Positions 11,490-22,491 of a stretch of 33,463 nucleotides of DNA are shown here, piece after piece. The position numbers were made by a program, and so were the translations under genes. Position 1 is the stretch's first letter. The number at the start of each line of letters is the position of its first letter. Source of the stretch: Octopus sinensis (Eukaryota); NCBI RefSeq assembly GCF_006345805.1, contig NW_021833415.1, positions 1 to 33,463 of the forward strand. Reading direction: 5' to 3'. The notes under the pieces were generated by a model that was given only the letters and a program-made list of their open reading frames with translations, was not told the DNA's origin and searched no databases.

Positions 11490-12360
11490 CCTATAACCGG
11501 CCTTGGATAGTGCGGCGTTAAAAATTCCGCTTTCTGCATAAAAATATCGGCACTGGCGGACAAGCCAGACAATCTTAGAGAGATGTTTTTAACCAAATTG
11601 TCTGTTACGGTTTTGCATGCTTTGAGAAGACACTGACATACTTCAAATTAGTGGAAGGCTTATGGTAAGGGCAGTATGAGTCGCTATTAAGGTTAAGTGT
11701 AACGTCTAGGAAATTAGCCTTGGTGAGTTCATTATCAAAAACTATACTCATGCCCATTCTATTAAAAACCTAGCTAACCTGCTCTTAGTTTTCTGCACTA
11801 TCTGTTCGTGGTGTTTTGCAGGTAAAACAGACAATCGTCACGATACAGGCCGCCCGCGATCTCCGGGGATTGTCGGACAATTCGTAGAGAATATATATTC
11901 CGACCAAATCGGCTATCTGCGCACTATCCGAACTACCCATAGGCACATCAAATTCATTGGGAGTATCTTTACGGATCCACAACTTATTATCAAACTTAAT
12001 AAACGATTTCCTGGCAACTAAAATGATATCTATCTCTTCTCTGGTGAGGCCAGCCTTGTTGTGAGCATGCCAGAGGGCCTTATTTAGCACACTAGGGTTA
12101 ATCGAGGGGTAGAAGCTGGCGATATCAAACTGAATGAACCTAGTACGGTTCTTATTGGGGATGGAAGAGAACCACTTCACTACCTGCGAGGAGTTGGCCC
12201 AGAGGCTGAGCTTCAGCTTGTTTACTAAACTAGGGATATATTTATCTAAAATGTACTTACTGATTATCCCGATATCAGATCTAGCAGGGCATATGAGTCT
12301 TAGCGCTGGGTTGGTGTGGAAGTTCGGTTTATGGTCCTTCACTATAAATCTGGGTTGCTT
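11490..12360 (-). pseudogene. Reverse transcriptase domain of the Penelope-like element
   Basis: ORF 11785-12600 from KQPRFIVKDHK onward, plus frameshifted continuations carrying YRDD and FLDVTL. The ORF's first ~80 aa lie outside the element. Confidence 0.9.
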
Positions 12361-12705
12361 ATATATATATATAAGCGTGTGTGTGTGTATTTGTGTTGTT
12401 TCAAAATGTTGGCACAATGCCATCAATTTGGGGTGGGGTGCGTGGATGTGCAATTCTATTACATCCATCTCGATGGAATTTGTACAAGAACCTGACGACG
12501 AACAAAATGCAACTAAGCATTTTTGCCTATAAATGATTCTGCCTGCTCGCCGCATATACATTAAACATCCATAATGCAAATCTTCAACACTATTATTCAT
12601 AGAAAAACAAAGCTGTTATAATTTCCCATTTGCACCACGAAAAAAAAAAAAATGTCTTTCGCTCCTGTTCATTAGTGCATATGTGTGTGTGTGTGTCGTG
12701 TGTGT

Positions 12706-12752
<47 letters not shown>

Positions 12753-13094
12753 AGAATGATAGGTAGATAAATTTGCAGAAAAAAAAACATTCATACAAGA
12801 TCAATATAACAAAAAACATTCAAAAATCCCGAACGCTCAGAGATGCATAACAATCGAAAGGCATGTTTGTGTATGCGTTCATGTGTCTGAGCGTGTATGT
12901 ACAAGCACACACACATGAACACACACATACACACACACACACCACACAAAAAAAAACGCATACATGCTTATACATATATATGGATATTACGTACAGACAC
13001 ATATACAGAAATGTGTGTGTATATATATTATATATATGTATATATATTAATAATATATACTATATATATATATATATATATATATAGATATATA

Positions 13095-13146
<52 letters not shown>

Positions 13147-13299
13147 TATATATGTATGTTGATCTAGTGTGTGTATATATCTATATAATATATTGTTGCA
13201 TGTGTATCTACGTTTGTATATGTGTACGTACGTATGTATTAATGCATGTCTCTGTATCTAATTATCTATCGACTTTCTATCAATCCATCCATCTATCTA

Positions 13300-13635
13300 T
13301 CTATTATCTATCTCTATAATCTATATACTATATATCTATCTATCTATCTATCTGGCTGGCTAGCTGTCAGTCTCTATCTATCTATCTATCTATCATCGTC
13401 TATCTATCTATCTATCTATCTGTCTTCTATCTAATCGGCTGGCTAGCTGTCAGTCTGTCTATCTATCTATCTATCTATCTATCTGTCTATCTATCTATCT
13501 ATCTATCTGTCTATCTATCTATCTATCTATCTGGCTGGCTAGCTGTCTGTCTGTCTATCTATCTATCTTTCTCTATCAATCTCTCTTTCTATCTCTATCA
13601 ATCTCTCTTTCTATTAATCTCTCTCTGTCTCTGTC
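13300..13635. repeat. (TCTA)n tract with higher-order ~85-95 bp periodicity
   Basis: GGCTGGCTAGCTGTC recurs near 13354, 13437 and 13533. Confidence 0.8.
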
Positions 13636-14209
13636 TCTCTCTATCTATCTATGTAATTCTGTGTGTGTGTGTATGCGTATGTGCGCGGTCGCGGGCGTGT
13701 GTGTTTGTGCGTATGTGTGTGTTTGCGCTTGTTTCTGTGTACGCGCATGCACAACGCCTATACACCTCCAATCGATTCCACCCACTTCCGGATGTCATCC
13801 GCACGCATAGACACACGCATACACACACCTGCTCACTCGCTCTCTTACACGCACACACGCAAGCTAACACACACAAACACACATGCGTATCATGAACACC
13901 TCCTCTCAAGCATCTACTTGTGACATGCCTTCTCTTCTTCTTCTCCTCCTTCTCCTCTTCTCCTCCTTCCACATTGATATATATAAGCCGCTAGAACAGC
14001 CTCTGCCTGTGATTGGACAAACCATGTCAAAGCCAAGAGACTGGACTTTGCCTCACATCTCACTAACAAACCCTCAAGACAGAAAATAAATAAATAAATA
14101 AAAGGTATCTTGTGTCGATAATGGAATCCCTTCATGGTGGACTAGTGGACTCACATGCTAGAAATAGTAACCAAATTTCTCCCAAAACAACAGCTAACAT
14201 CTAATTTTA

Positions 14210-14600
14210 TCTCTCTATAATAAGCTGAAGTTGTTTGTGTAAGGCAGGTTTAGTAGCCTTCAACTAACACTATCTCCTCTGATACCCTGCGGCGCAAGTT
14301 GACCAACATTGAGTGTATGATAGAAGAAGGCTTGCTCTTCCTTCCGTAGTAGAAAAAAATTCAAATCGGACCAGTTTAACACCAAAAATTATTTATATCA
14401 AAAAGGTGCTTTTTTTTCTATGAAAATCCCTATTTTTTACGATTTTTTTACTGCTGTGTCGCCATTTTTCTGTGTATTTCAACCAGAGAAATGTTCACTT
14501 AAAGAGAATAACAAGCTACGCAATGCAAAACTTTTACTTTTCAAATTTCCAATTCTAAAAGGTCGAAACAAACCCGAGCAACGCCGGGCGATACAGCTAG
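14210..14600 (+). mobile_element. Non-autonomous Helitron (~390 bp)
   Basis: 5' A|TCTCTCTATAATAAGCTGAAG; 3' subterminal hairpin CCCGAGCAACGCCGGG (14573-14588), then 8 nt and CTAG|T. Inserted between A and T. Confidence 0.65.
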
Positions 14601-14836
14601 TTTAAAATAAATAAGATCTTGCTAGCCAAATATGGTTTCAAACTACATCTTTTAAAATAGTGTTTCTCGGCTAACTTTTGCCGATGCATACCTTTAAAAA
14701 ATATTTAATTCTACCAGACTTCCATAGTCATTCGGTGTTAAAAAATGAATTCTATTGTATTTTTATGATTAAATATTATTAGGAATTGTATTAAAAATTC
14801 TGAAAATGCTTCGTGTATTATAGAAGTTTAACCAAT

Positions 14837-15060
14837 TTCTTTTATTCTTTTATCCGTTCAGTCATTTGACTGAAGCACTGCTTTTAATCGAACAAATCGA
14901 CCCCAGGCCTTTTTTTTTTTTTTTTTTGTAAGCCTCGTACTTATTCTATCAGTCTGCTTTGCTGAACCGCTAAGTTACGGGGAGGTAAACACACCAGCAT
15001 CGGTTGTCAAGCGATGTTGGGGGGTCAAACACAGACACACAAGCACACACACACACACAT
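14837..15060 (-). mobile_element. SINE family A, 3' half
   Basis: TTCAGTCATTTGACTG, AAATCGACCCCAGG, GAACCGCTAAGTTACGGGG, ACACCAGCATCGGTTGTCAAGCGATG. Confidence 0.85.
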
Positions 15061-15204
15061 GTTTATATATATATTTTTTTCTAGATTCAGCTTAGAGCTG
15101 CGGCCATGCGAGAACCGCCGTTTGTACTACACTGTTATTACGACGACCTCGTTCTAATATTGGTGGCACTTGGTGAAGAATGGAGTTTGATCAGCGACCT
15201 CATA

Positions 15205-15252
<48 letters not shown>

Positions 15253-15262
15253 AGAACAGCTA

Positions 15263-15314
<52 letters not shown>

Positions 15315-15643
15315 TATTATATATCAGAACAGCTATCTCATATTATATATATGATATATATATTATATCAAGAACATTTTACATAGAAATGGATGCGTGC
15401 GTTCCGTCATATAATAAATTAATAAATAAAACATATGCATATATACATACATATATGTACGTACCTACCTCTACATGTATATGTACGCGCCTATATGGGT
15501 ACAGGACCCCAAAAGAACTTAACACAATGAGAAACGAAAACATAAACACAAAACCAAGGAACTGGACATTTTTCTTAAACGACAAAAAAATAGCGTACAG
15601 GACAAATAACACAAGGAAAATACCCCTTCTTCGGTCGCCATGG

Positions 15644-15714
<71 letters not shown>

Positions 15715-15860
15715 CATACATATATGTATATATATATATATCGGTAACGTATTTTTCTGCAATGTATGGATAATTTATCCTGATCACGCTATTTCTTAGC
15801 ATATCAGGCGTTTTAGAATAATTAAAACATATATCTGTATAATATATATATATATATACA

Positions 15861-16055
15861 CTCCTTTACTCTTTTACTTGTTTCAGTCATTTGACTACAG
15901 TCATGCTGGAGCACCGCCTTTAGTCGAGCAAATCGACCCTAGGATTTATTTTTTGTAAGCCCAACACTTATTCTATCGGACTGCTTGCCGAACCGCTAAG
16001 TCACTGGGACACAAATGCACCAGCATGTGATGTTAGGGGGGCAAACACACACATG
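15861..16055 (-). mobile_element. SINE family A, 3' half
   Basis: CTCTTTTACTTGTTTCAGTCATTTGACT...GCTGGAGCACCGCCTTTAGTCGAGCAAATCGACC. Confidence 0.9.
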
Positions 16056-16065
16056 CATATATATA

Positions 16066-16472
16066 CAGGAGTGGCTGTGTGGTAAGTAGCTTGCTTACCA
16101 ACCACATGGTCCCGTGTTCAGTCCCACTGCCTGGCACCTTGGGCAAGTGTCTTCTACTATAGCCTCGGGCCGACCAAAGCCTTGTGAGTGGATTTGGTAG
16201 ACGGAAACTGAAAGAAGCCCGTCATATACATGTTTATATATTTATGTGTGTGTATATGTTTGTGTGTCTGTGTTTGTCCCCCCAATATCGCCTGACAACC
16301 GATGCTGTTGTGTTTAAGTCCCCGTAACTTAGCGGTTCGGCAAAAGAGACCGATAGAATAAGTACTAGGCTTACAAAGAATAAGTCCTGGTGTCGATTTG
16401 CTCGACTAAAGGCAGTGCTCCAGCATGGCCACAGTCAAATGACTGAAACAAGTAAAAGAGTAAAAAAGAGTA
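16066..16472 (+). mobile_element. SINE family A, full-length reference-like copy
   Basis: A-box-like TGGCTGTGTGG, B-box-like GTGTTCAGTCCC, central TA/TG tract and AAAAGAGT tail. Confidence 0.92.
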
Positions 16473-16499
16473 AGTGTATATATATATATTTATATATAT

Positions 16500-16664
16500 A
16501 CGACAGGCTTCTTTCAGTTTCCGTCTGCCATATCCACTCACAAGTGTTTGGTCGGCCCGAGGCTATAGTAGAAGATACTTAGCCAAGGTGCCACGCAGTG
16601 GGACTGAACGCGGAACCATGTTGTTGGTAAGTAAGCTACCTACCATACAGCCATTCTTGTGCCT
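16500..16664 (-). mobile_element. SINE family A, 5' half
   Basis: GGCTTCTTTCAGTTTCCGTC...CCAAGGTGCCACGCAGTGGGACTGAAC...GGTAAGTAAGCTAC. Confidence 0.88.
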
Positions 16665-16692
16665 ATATGTGTGTGTATATATATATATATAT

Positions 16693-16815
16693 GACGGGCT
16701 TTAGTCGGCCCGAGGTTATAATAGAAAACAGTTTGCCAAGGTGCCACGCAGTGGGGCTGAACCCGGAACCATGTGTTTGGTAAGCAAGATACTTACCACA
16801 CTCACTCCTCCACCT
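16693..16815 (-). mobile_element. SINE family A, second tandem 5' fragment
   Basis: GTCGGCCCGAGG...CCAAGGTGCCACGCAGTGGGGCTGAACCCGGAACCATG...TTACCACAC. Confidence 0.85.
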
Positions 16816-16909
16816 GTTGTACATAAATTTTAACAAAATCTTTTATGGACATCAAAGTGCCATATGGACCCCTGATGAGAACCACAGTTTTCAAAGGAGG
16901 GACCTGCCA

Positions 16910-17125
16910 GTTATAATCCTTTCTACTATAGGCACAAGACCTAAAATTTTGGGCCAGGCAGCTGGTCGATTATATCGGACCAAGTACTATCTGTTACTTA
17001 TTTTATCGAAATGATGAAAGGCAAAGTTGACCTTGGTGGAATTTGAACTCAGAACGTAAAGACGGACGAAATACTACTAAACATTTCGCCCGGCGTGCTA
17101 ACGATTCTGCCAGTTCAACAGCTCT
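16910..17125 (-). mobile_element. tRNA-derived SINE family B
   Basis: GATGAAAGGCAAAGTTGACC...GAATTTGAACTCAGAACG...CGGCGTGCTAACGATTCTGCCAG. Confidence 0.85.
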
Positions 17126-17255
17126 TTTAGTGATCCAACGAGAGAGCTTCAATGTGGACGGTCGACGTGGTAAAAATATCAGAACGTTCTCTCATGAAAC
17201 AACGCCTTATCGTCTTTAAAATAAAGGGATGGTCTCGCTAGAAATAACAGCCAAA

Positions 17256-17301
17256 GGCAACGAGCTGGCAGAAACGTTAGCACACCGGCCGAAATGCTTA
17301 G
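17256..17301 (+). mobile_element. SINE family B head fragment fused to the LINE fragment
   Basis: GGCAACGAGCTGGCAGAAACGTTAGCACACCGGCCGAAATGCTTAG matches the first ~46 nt of family B (compare 24477-24525). Confidence 0.8.
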
Positions 17302-18150
17302 GGATACCTTGGCTGAAGATGCGAAAATTCGCGTTAAGGTTGAGGCACCTCTGTCTTTACCTGGATGGGGAGCAGGTGTGTTCACCGCACGTAAGGTTCT
17401 ACCTTCCACAGTTGACGTCCTTAGTGGATATTGGTCCATGGATTAAAGGAAAACCTAGATTTGGGAATTGGCAATTGCAGTGCCTGCCGGAACTCAAGCT
17501 ACTCTCTCGAACGGGAATTACAGGCAACAGGAGTTCCACTGCGGATTTCTATAGCGGGTTAGTGGAATTTATGTCAGACGATATCCTGGGGGAGACCTTG
17601 GGCTTCGATGGAAATCAGTTAATCAACCTGTTCAGTATAACTTTCGGGCCGGGGTATCTGGATAATTACCAGAAATCCCTGGCTTGGTAGTGCTACCGTT
17701 CGGTTTTGCCTGTTCGAGACAAGCTGTCAAGGCATAAAAGTGCCGTCTCGCCGACATGCCCGAGGTGCGGGCGAGACAGAGAAACTGTCTTGCACGCCTT
17801 CTTGGAATATCCGGAATTATCGGGACTGGTAGTTTTTGTCGAGCAACTGTTGTCAACGATGGGAAGAGTACAGACTTCTTTTTTCTGCGTAGTAGCCATA
17901 CTGAAAGAAACAGTATGGAAGACGCGTGTAAGAGGTATAGTGACAGGCACCTTCGTCTCCGGCCAGGGTTTGGTTAACTTCTTTAGTTACCCCCTGATAG
18001 CAAGATCAAACTGGAGAAGAGATACCTGTCACAGGATATGTTCGCAAAAAGATGGAAGCAAGTAGTGAACAAGCTGAGATTGACTGGAACCAGGTAAGTG
18101 GGGCCAGAAGGAAAAGTAAAGGCTCGAACTTGGCGGTTGGATGCCTTTCC
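17298..18150 (+). mobile_element. L1/Tx1-type LINE 3' fragment (post-RT region and C-terminal zinc finger), decayed
   Basis: LGIPWL.MR..ALRLRHL..., YQKSLAW..Y..VLPVRDKLSRH...SPTCPRCG...ETVLHAF (zf-RVT-like CxxC..H), then LKETVWKTR. Contains stops and frameshifts. Confidence 0.75.
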
Positions 18151-18354
18151 TTCAGTCACACATTGCAAAATTTGCATTGATCATCAAATTTATATTGAAA
18201 CTTTTAAAAGAAAAAATATATATAATTTTTAACACCATGGCGCAGGAGCGGCTGTGTGGTAAGTAGCTTGCTTACCAACCACATGGTCCCGGGTTCAGTC
18301 CAACTGCGTGGCACCTTGGGCAAGTGTTTTCTAGATTTGGTAGACGGAAACTGA

Positions 18355-18559
18355 TATTGAATCGCTAGCTTCTGCACGCATTTTTTGTCTCTCCTTGTTT
18401 CTCTACGTGTTTCTTTCCTGTGTATCTTTCTGTTGAAGAGCGTAGGCTCGAAACATAAAAGACTTTTTTTATTTATATTCCTGAGCGCCATACTAATACA
18501 ATTGTTTGTTTGTACTCCACCTGCCTTCGTCTTTTGTTTATTTTCATAAAGCTTCCCGT
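18355..18559 (+). mobile_element. Hammerhead-bearing short repeat (pLTR-like) inserted in SINE A
   Basis: Its 3' ~150 bp match 2905-3052, with ~55 bp of extra 5' sequence. Ends at (TA)n. Confidence 0.75.
18425..18462 (+). ncRNA. Minimal type I hammerhead-like motif (A6U variant; AUA triplet)
   Basis: UCUUU-CUGUUGA-A-GAGC-GUAG-GCUC-GAAA-C-AUA-AAAGA, with perfect stems I and II. Confidence 0.6.
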
Positions 18560-18927
18560 TATATATATGTATATATGTGTGCGTGTATGTTTGTGTGTCT
18601 GTGTTTGTCCCCCTAGCATTGCTTGACAACCGATGCTGGTGTGTTTACGTCCCCGTCACTTAGCGGTTCGGCAAAAGAGACCGATAGAATAAGTACTGGG
18701 CTTACAAAGAATAAGTCCCGGGGTCGATTTGCTCGACTAAAGGCGGTGCTCCAGCATGGCCACAGTCAAATGGCTGAAACAATTAAAAGAGTAAAATAGT
18801 AATGGCATTTACATTTTATCATTCGAAACTTTTCCATTCGTAATACGCAACTTTTTCACGCTCTATGTTTGTCTGTGTTTGTTTGTCCCATCTATGTACG
18901 GCTTCCAGAGCCAATTTATGAAATAAA

Positions 18928-19090
18928 GAAGCTTCTCAGTCATGGTGTTCTGGGTTCAAGTTCTACTGTGTGGCACCTTGGGGGAAATATGTTCTGCTAT
19001 AGCTTCGGGCCGACCAAAGCCTTGTGACTAGATTTAGTAGATAGAAACTGACACACACAAACACCACACCACACACCACACACACACACA

Positions 19091-19122
<32 letters not shown>

Positions 19123-19280
19123 ACACAAACACACACACATGGGCGGGGATATGCGTGCGTGTGTGTGTGTGTGTGTGTAACAACTGGTGTTGGTGTATTT
19201 AGTACCTAGTGGTTCGGCAAAAGACCGACAGAATAAGAACTAGGCTTAAAACAATTCTGGGTCGATTTTGTTCAACTAAA
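18928..19280 (+). mobile_element. SINE family A, degenerate
   Basis: GGGTTCAAG..GGCACCTTGGG..GGGCCGACCAAAGCCTTGTGA..GGTTCGGCAAAAGACCGACAGAATAAG. Confidence 0.75.
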
Positions 19281-19285
19281 AACAT

Positions 19286-19345
<60 letters not shown>

Positions 19346-19975
19346 AATGTGTCTGTCTTCTTTTAAGACAGTTGGGTGTGATTTTTAGGAATTTGGCTGC
19401 TATTTTATGAAAACTATAGACCGCATAGAAGTCCCTTTGCTTGCTCGTTCCTGTTGTTGTTCTTGTTGATTAACAGCAAATAAGGTCCAAACCTCTCGTG
19501 TCCGTGACATTTCCTTCTTTTTTTTTTTCTATTTCGTAAGCGAACGGCTATCTAGGACGGCGTTATCTTATGCAGCCATTCTATTTTTAAAGAAAGTAGT
19601 ATGTGATTAAATAGATTTGGCTATTATTTCTAGCTGGTGCCGGTCCACCTTTGACCAACCAGTCAGTCCTTGATAAACATTTCTTACGACTGTAATATAT
19701 ATATATATATATAAATTAAGAAGTGATTTAGCTGCTATGTCTTGCAGGTGGAGCGACCTCATAGCAGATATCATCTAACATCTTCTGTTGCTGCTAATTA
19801 ACACCTGGTCAAACCTGCTTCATTAGACCTATGATCAAAAGTATTACAACCTTGTCCAACCGTCTTCTATTATATTTCTCGTCATTTGGGTATAGTGACC
19901 TTGGACTACACTATTTAATGTGTCCTTTTATGACTATTGTGTGTATAATTTTAGAGAAATTTTGCTGCTATTGTA

Positions 19976-20535
19976 TTGGGTTGCCCGGAAAGTTCGTGCC
20001 GATTTATAGCAGCTTACCTTTCGATTTATTTTAGAAATTGGTTGAGTCCATAAAATGGGATTTGACAATACCTCCATTTAGAGCACAGTTTAAGCTATCT
20101 TTTCCTGGAAGAAGTTTTATGTTCCTATAACCGGTGTTACTTCTGTAACCCTTTAAAATGAAAGATAAGAAAGTTCATTTTCGGTATTTGATGCTTTGGG
20201 AACCATACAATAATTGCTGCAGCTCGGCTGGGATGTGTTACCCCACCCTCCATATTCACCAGATATTGCTCCTTCGGATTTCCACTTATTGAGGTCTCTG
20301 CATAATAGTCTTAATGGTAAAAATTTCAATTCCTTGGATGACGTAAAAAGATACCTTGATGAATTCTTTGCCATGAAACCACCTCAATTCTGGGAAGAGG
20401 GTATTTTCAAGTCACAGGAAAGATGGAGACGCATTGTGCAACAAAATGGTTCATATTTGGTTGATTAAAAATGTAATGGCAAGTATTTATTGACCGTTTT
20501 CTTAAAAATCGGCACGAACTTTCCGGACAACCCAA
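19976..20535 (+). mobile_element. Internally deleted mariner element (560 bp)
   Basis: 30-bp TIRs (TTGGGTTGCCCGGAAAGTTCGTGCCGATTT, 1 mismatch) with TA on both sides. ATG at 20158 (MKDKKVHFRYLML) joins directly to the C-terminus LGWDVLPHPPYSPDIAPSDFHL...NGSYLVD*. Confidence 0.93.
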
Positions 20536-20940
20536 TACTTTTTAAAATGGTGATGTGTGGAATGAGTATAGATTTGGCTCGTTGTTGTTTCTGTTGTTGT
20601 AGTTGTTTCTGTTTAATTCTAAGTCAGCTCTGACGACAGACCTATGATGAAGACCGTTCCAGCCGTGACCATCCCATTTTATTACTTTGTTGAAAAAAAA
20701 CGTAGCTCTACATTATCCAACGTGGTCATTTCTAAGACAACGGAATGTTGAGAAGAGATTTGGTTAATATTTGTACCCTGACCGTAACTTTTTGGAACTT
20801 TGTAGTGTAGTTTATAGATGGAATTAGCTGCTTTTTCTGACAAATCGAGCGATCACTTCGAACCTCTCTCGTCGGTTGGAAGTATTTTTCTGGAAGTCTT
20901 TCTTGCAGCAAGGTATGACTCGAGGAGTAATTTGGCTGTT

Positions 20941-21179
20941 ATTTCTTATTTCTTTATTGCCCACAATGGGCTAAACATAGAGGGGACAAACAAGGACAGA
21001 CAAACGGATTAAGTCGATTACATCGACCCCCAGTGCGTAACTGTTACTTATTTAATCGACCCCGAATTGATGAAAGGCAAAGTCGACCTCGGCGAAATTT
21101 GAACTCAGAACGTAACGGCAAACGAAATACGGCTAAGCATTTCGTCCGGCGTGCTAACGGTTCTGCCAGCTCGCCGCCT
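20941..21179 (-). mobile_element. SINE family B, full-length monomer
   Basis: Minus strand GGCGGCGAGCTGGCAGAACCGTTAG...GAGTTCAAATTTC...GTCGACTTTGCCTTTCATC...AATAAAGAAATAAG. The central segment resembles my recollection of the Nin/Deu SINE domain (not verified). Confidence 0.9.
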
Positions 21180-21713
21180 TGTGATGTGAATAATGGTATG
21201 TTATAGTATCGGGTGTTGATTATGTGGAGTTGTACTGAGTTTCTTTACATGGTCTGCTTGCTACCTTAAGTGATATACTAAACGACATAGAGACTATGTA
21301 GTTTGATCCAACAGTCTCCATGTGCGAGACAGTCACATCTGTAAAAGCAGATGTTAGTAGATGCTTCGTGAATTTTTCGCGAGGCAATGTGTGTGTGTGT
21401 GTGGGTATGGATATATATAGGTATATGTGTGTGTGTGTGTGAGAGCGAGAGAGAGTGTAAGTGTGTGCATATGTATATGCGTGCATGTAGATTTATGTAT
21501 GTGTATGTGCATGCGTGTATACATGTGCGTGTGTATATATGTGTGTGTATTTCCGTATGTGTATACTCACACACATATATGATACATGCATATATGTACG
21601 CGAATAACTCTAGTTACTGTATATGCTACAATAGAGAAAAAGATGCTACGTGTGTGTGTAATATATATATGTATATATATACATATATACATTATATATT
21701 ATTATATACTTTA

Positions 21714-21798
<85 letters not shown>

Positions 21799-21966
21799 TA
21801 TATATATATTACACATACATATATATATGTATAATTATATTATATATATATATGTATATATATATATAAACACATAGATATGTGTTGCATGTATATGTCT
21901 CTCTCTGTCTCATATATATATATGTAAATATATATATATATATACTTATATTATACATATATATAT

Positions 21967-22035
<69 letters not shown>

Positions 22036-22460
22036 CTCGTAGCATCTGATTCCCGTTCATATGCGAAGAAAACATTGCGTTTTTGTCGTAAACAATAAAC
22101 CCGATATGTTGCGTATTATGATTGAATTCCAAACTCCTTTGATTACGAAGCAAAACTTGTTGGCTTCAAAAATACATCTTTATAAGTAGTATGTACGCAC
22201 ATATGCATGCATATGTGTGTTCGTGTACTCCCAAATGTTTATGCAAACATGATACATTCACATGCTGGTGGCTCTCCAGCATGGCCACAGCCTTTGGGTT
22301 GAAAGATATAAAAGAAAGAGATACAACTATGTTTCGTAGTTATATTTCTGCATTATCATAGTACGCCTCAAATTACGTTAGATGAATTTTTAAAGCATGT
22401 TCGTGTGCTCATACTTGTAATTCAAGATATACATGCATACACACACACACACACACTCAT

Positions 22461-22491
<31 letters not shown>

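Larger units (their letters stand above)
9494..12360 (-). mobile_element. Penelope-like retroelement (Naiad-like: RT followed by C-terminal GIY-YIG), 5'-truncated and frameshifted
   Basis: Stitched minus-strand frames give KDHKPNF..NPALRLICPARSDIGIISK, FDIASFYPSI, FDVPMGSSDSAQIADLVGIYIL, GGLYRDD (11834-11845), ANFLDVTLNL..SYCPYHKP, RNKHIWFVIPF, VRIAFSNTKNLAQIIASHN, AVYQCKV..TYVG, TGLSKLIWRLKD and CNLCVSE. Flanked by (TA)n at both ends. Confidence 0.9.
18238..18800 (+). mobile_element. SINE family A, interrupted by a hammerhead-bearing insert
   Basis: Head with A/B boxes to GACGGAAACTGA (18354), foreign insert, then (TA)n and an intact 3' half. Confidence 0.9.

Noticed and set aside
9640-12360. 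Selenoprotein / SECIS possibility (some Naiad elements are reported to encode selenocysteine)
   Set aside because: I found no in-frame TGA at conserved Cys positions in the frames I could stitch, and no convincing AUGA-AA-GA SECIS in the 3' region. A SECISearch run on the family consensus would settle it.
11785-12600. 271-aa ORF as a complete gene starting at Met 12600
   Set aside because: The first ~80 aa cross unique DNA and a CA/TA microsatellite. RT similarity starts only near 12360, and the frame shifts before YRDD.
15620-15650. Minus-strand CCGAAGAAGGGG, similar to a hammerhead 5' core
   Set aside because: No stem II closure or GAAA downstream.
16066-16140. Functional tRNA genes at SINE heads
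   Set aside because: A/B-box-like motifs are present, but no full cloverleaf, and the heads continue into SINE bodies.
16865-16905. CCTGATGAGAACCACAGTTTTCAAA
   Set aside because: The core 5' half is present, but there is CAAA instead of GAAA and no complementary stem I or UH triplet.
17229-17690. 153-aa ORF as a host protein
   Set aside because: It is a fortuitous read-through of a repeat fragment, a SINE head and a LINE remnant.
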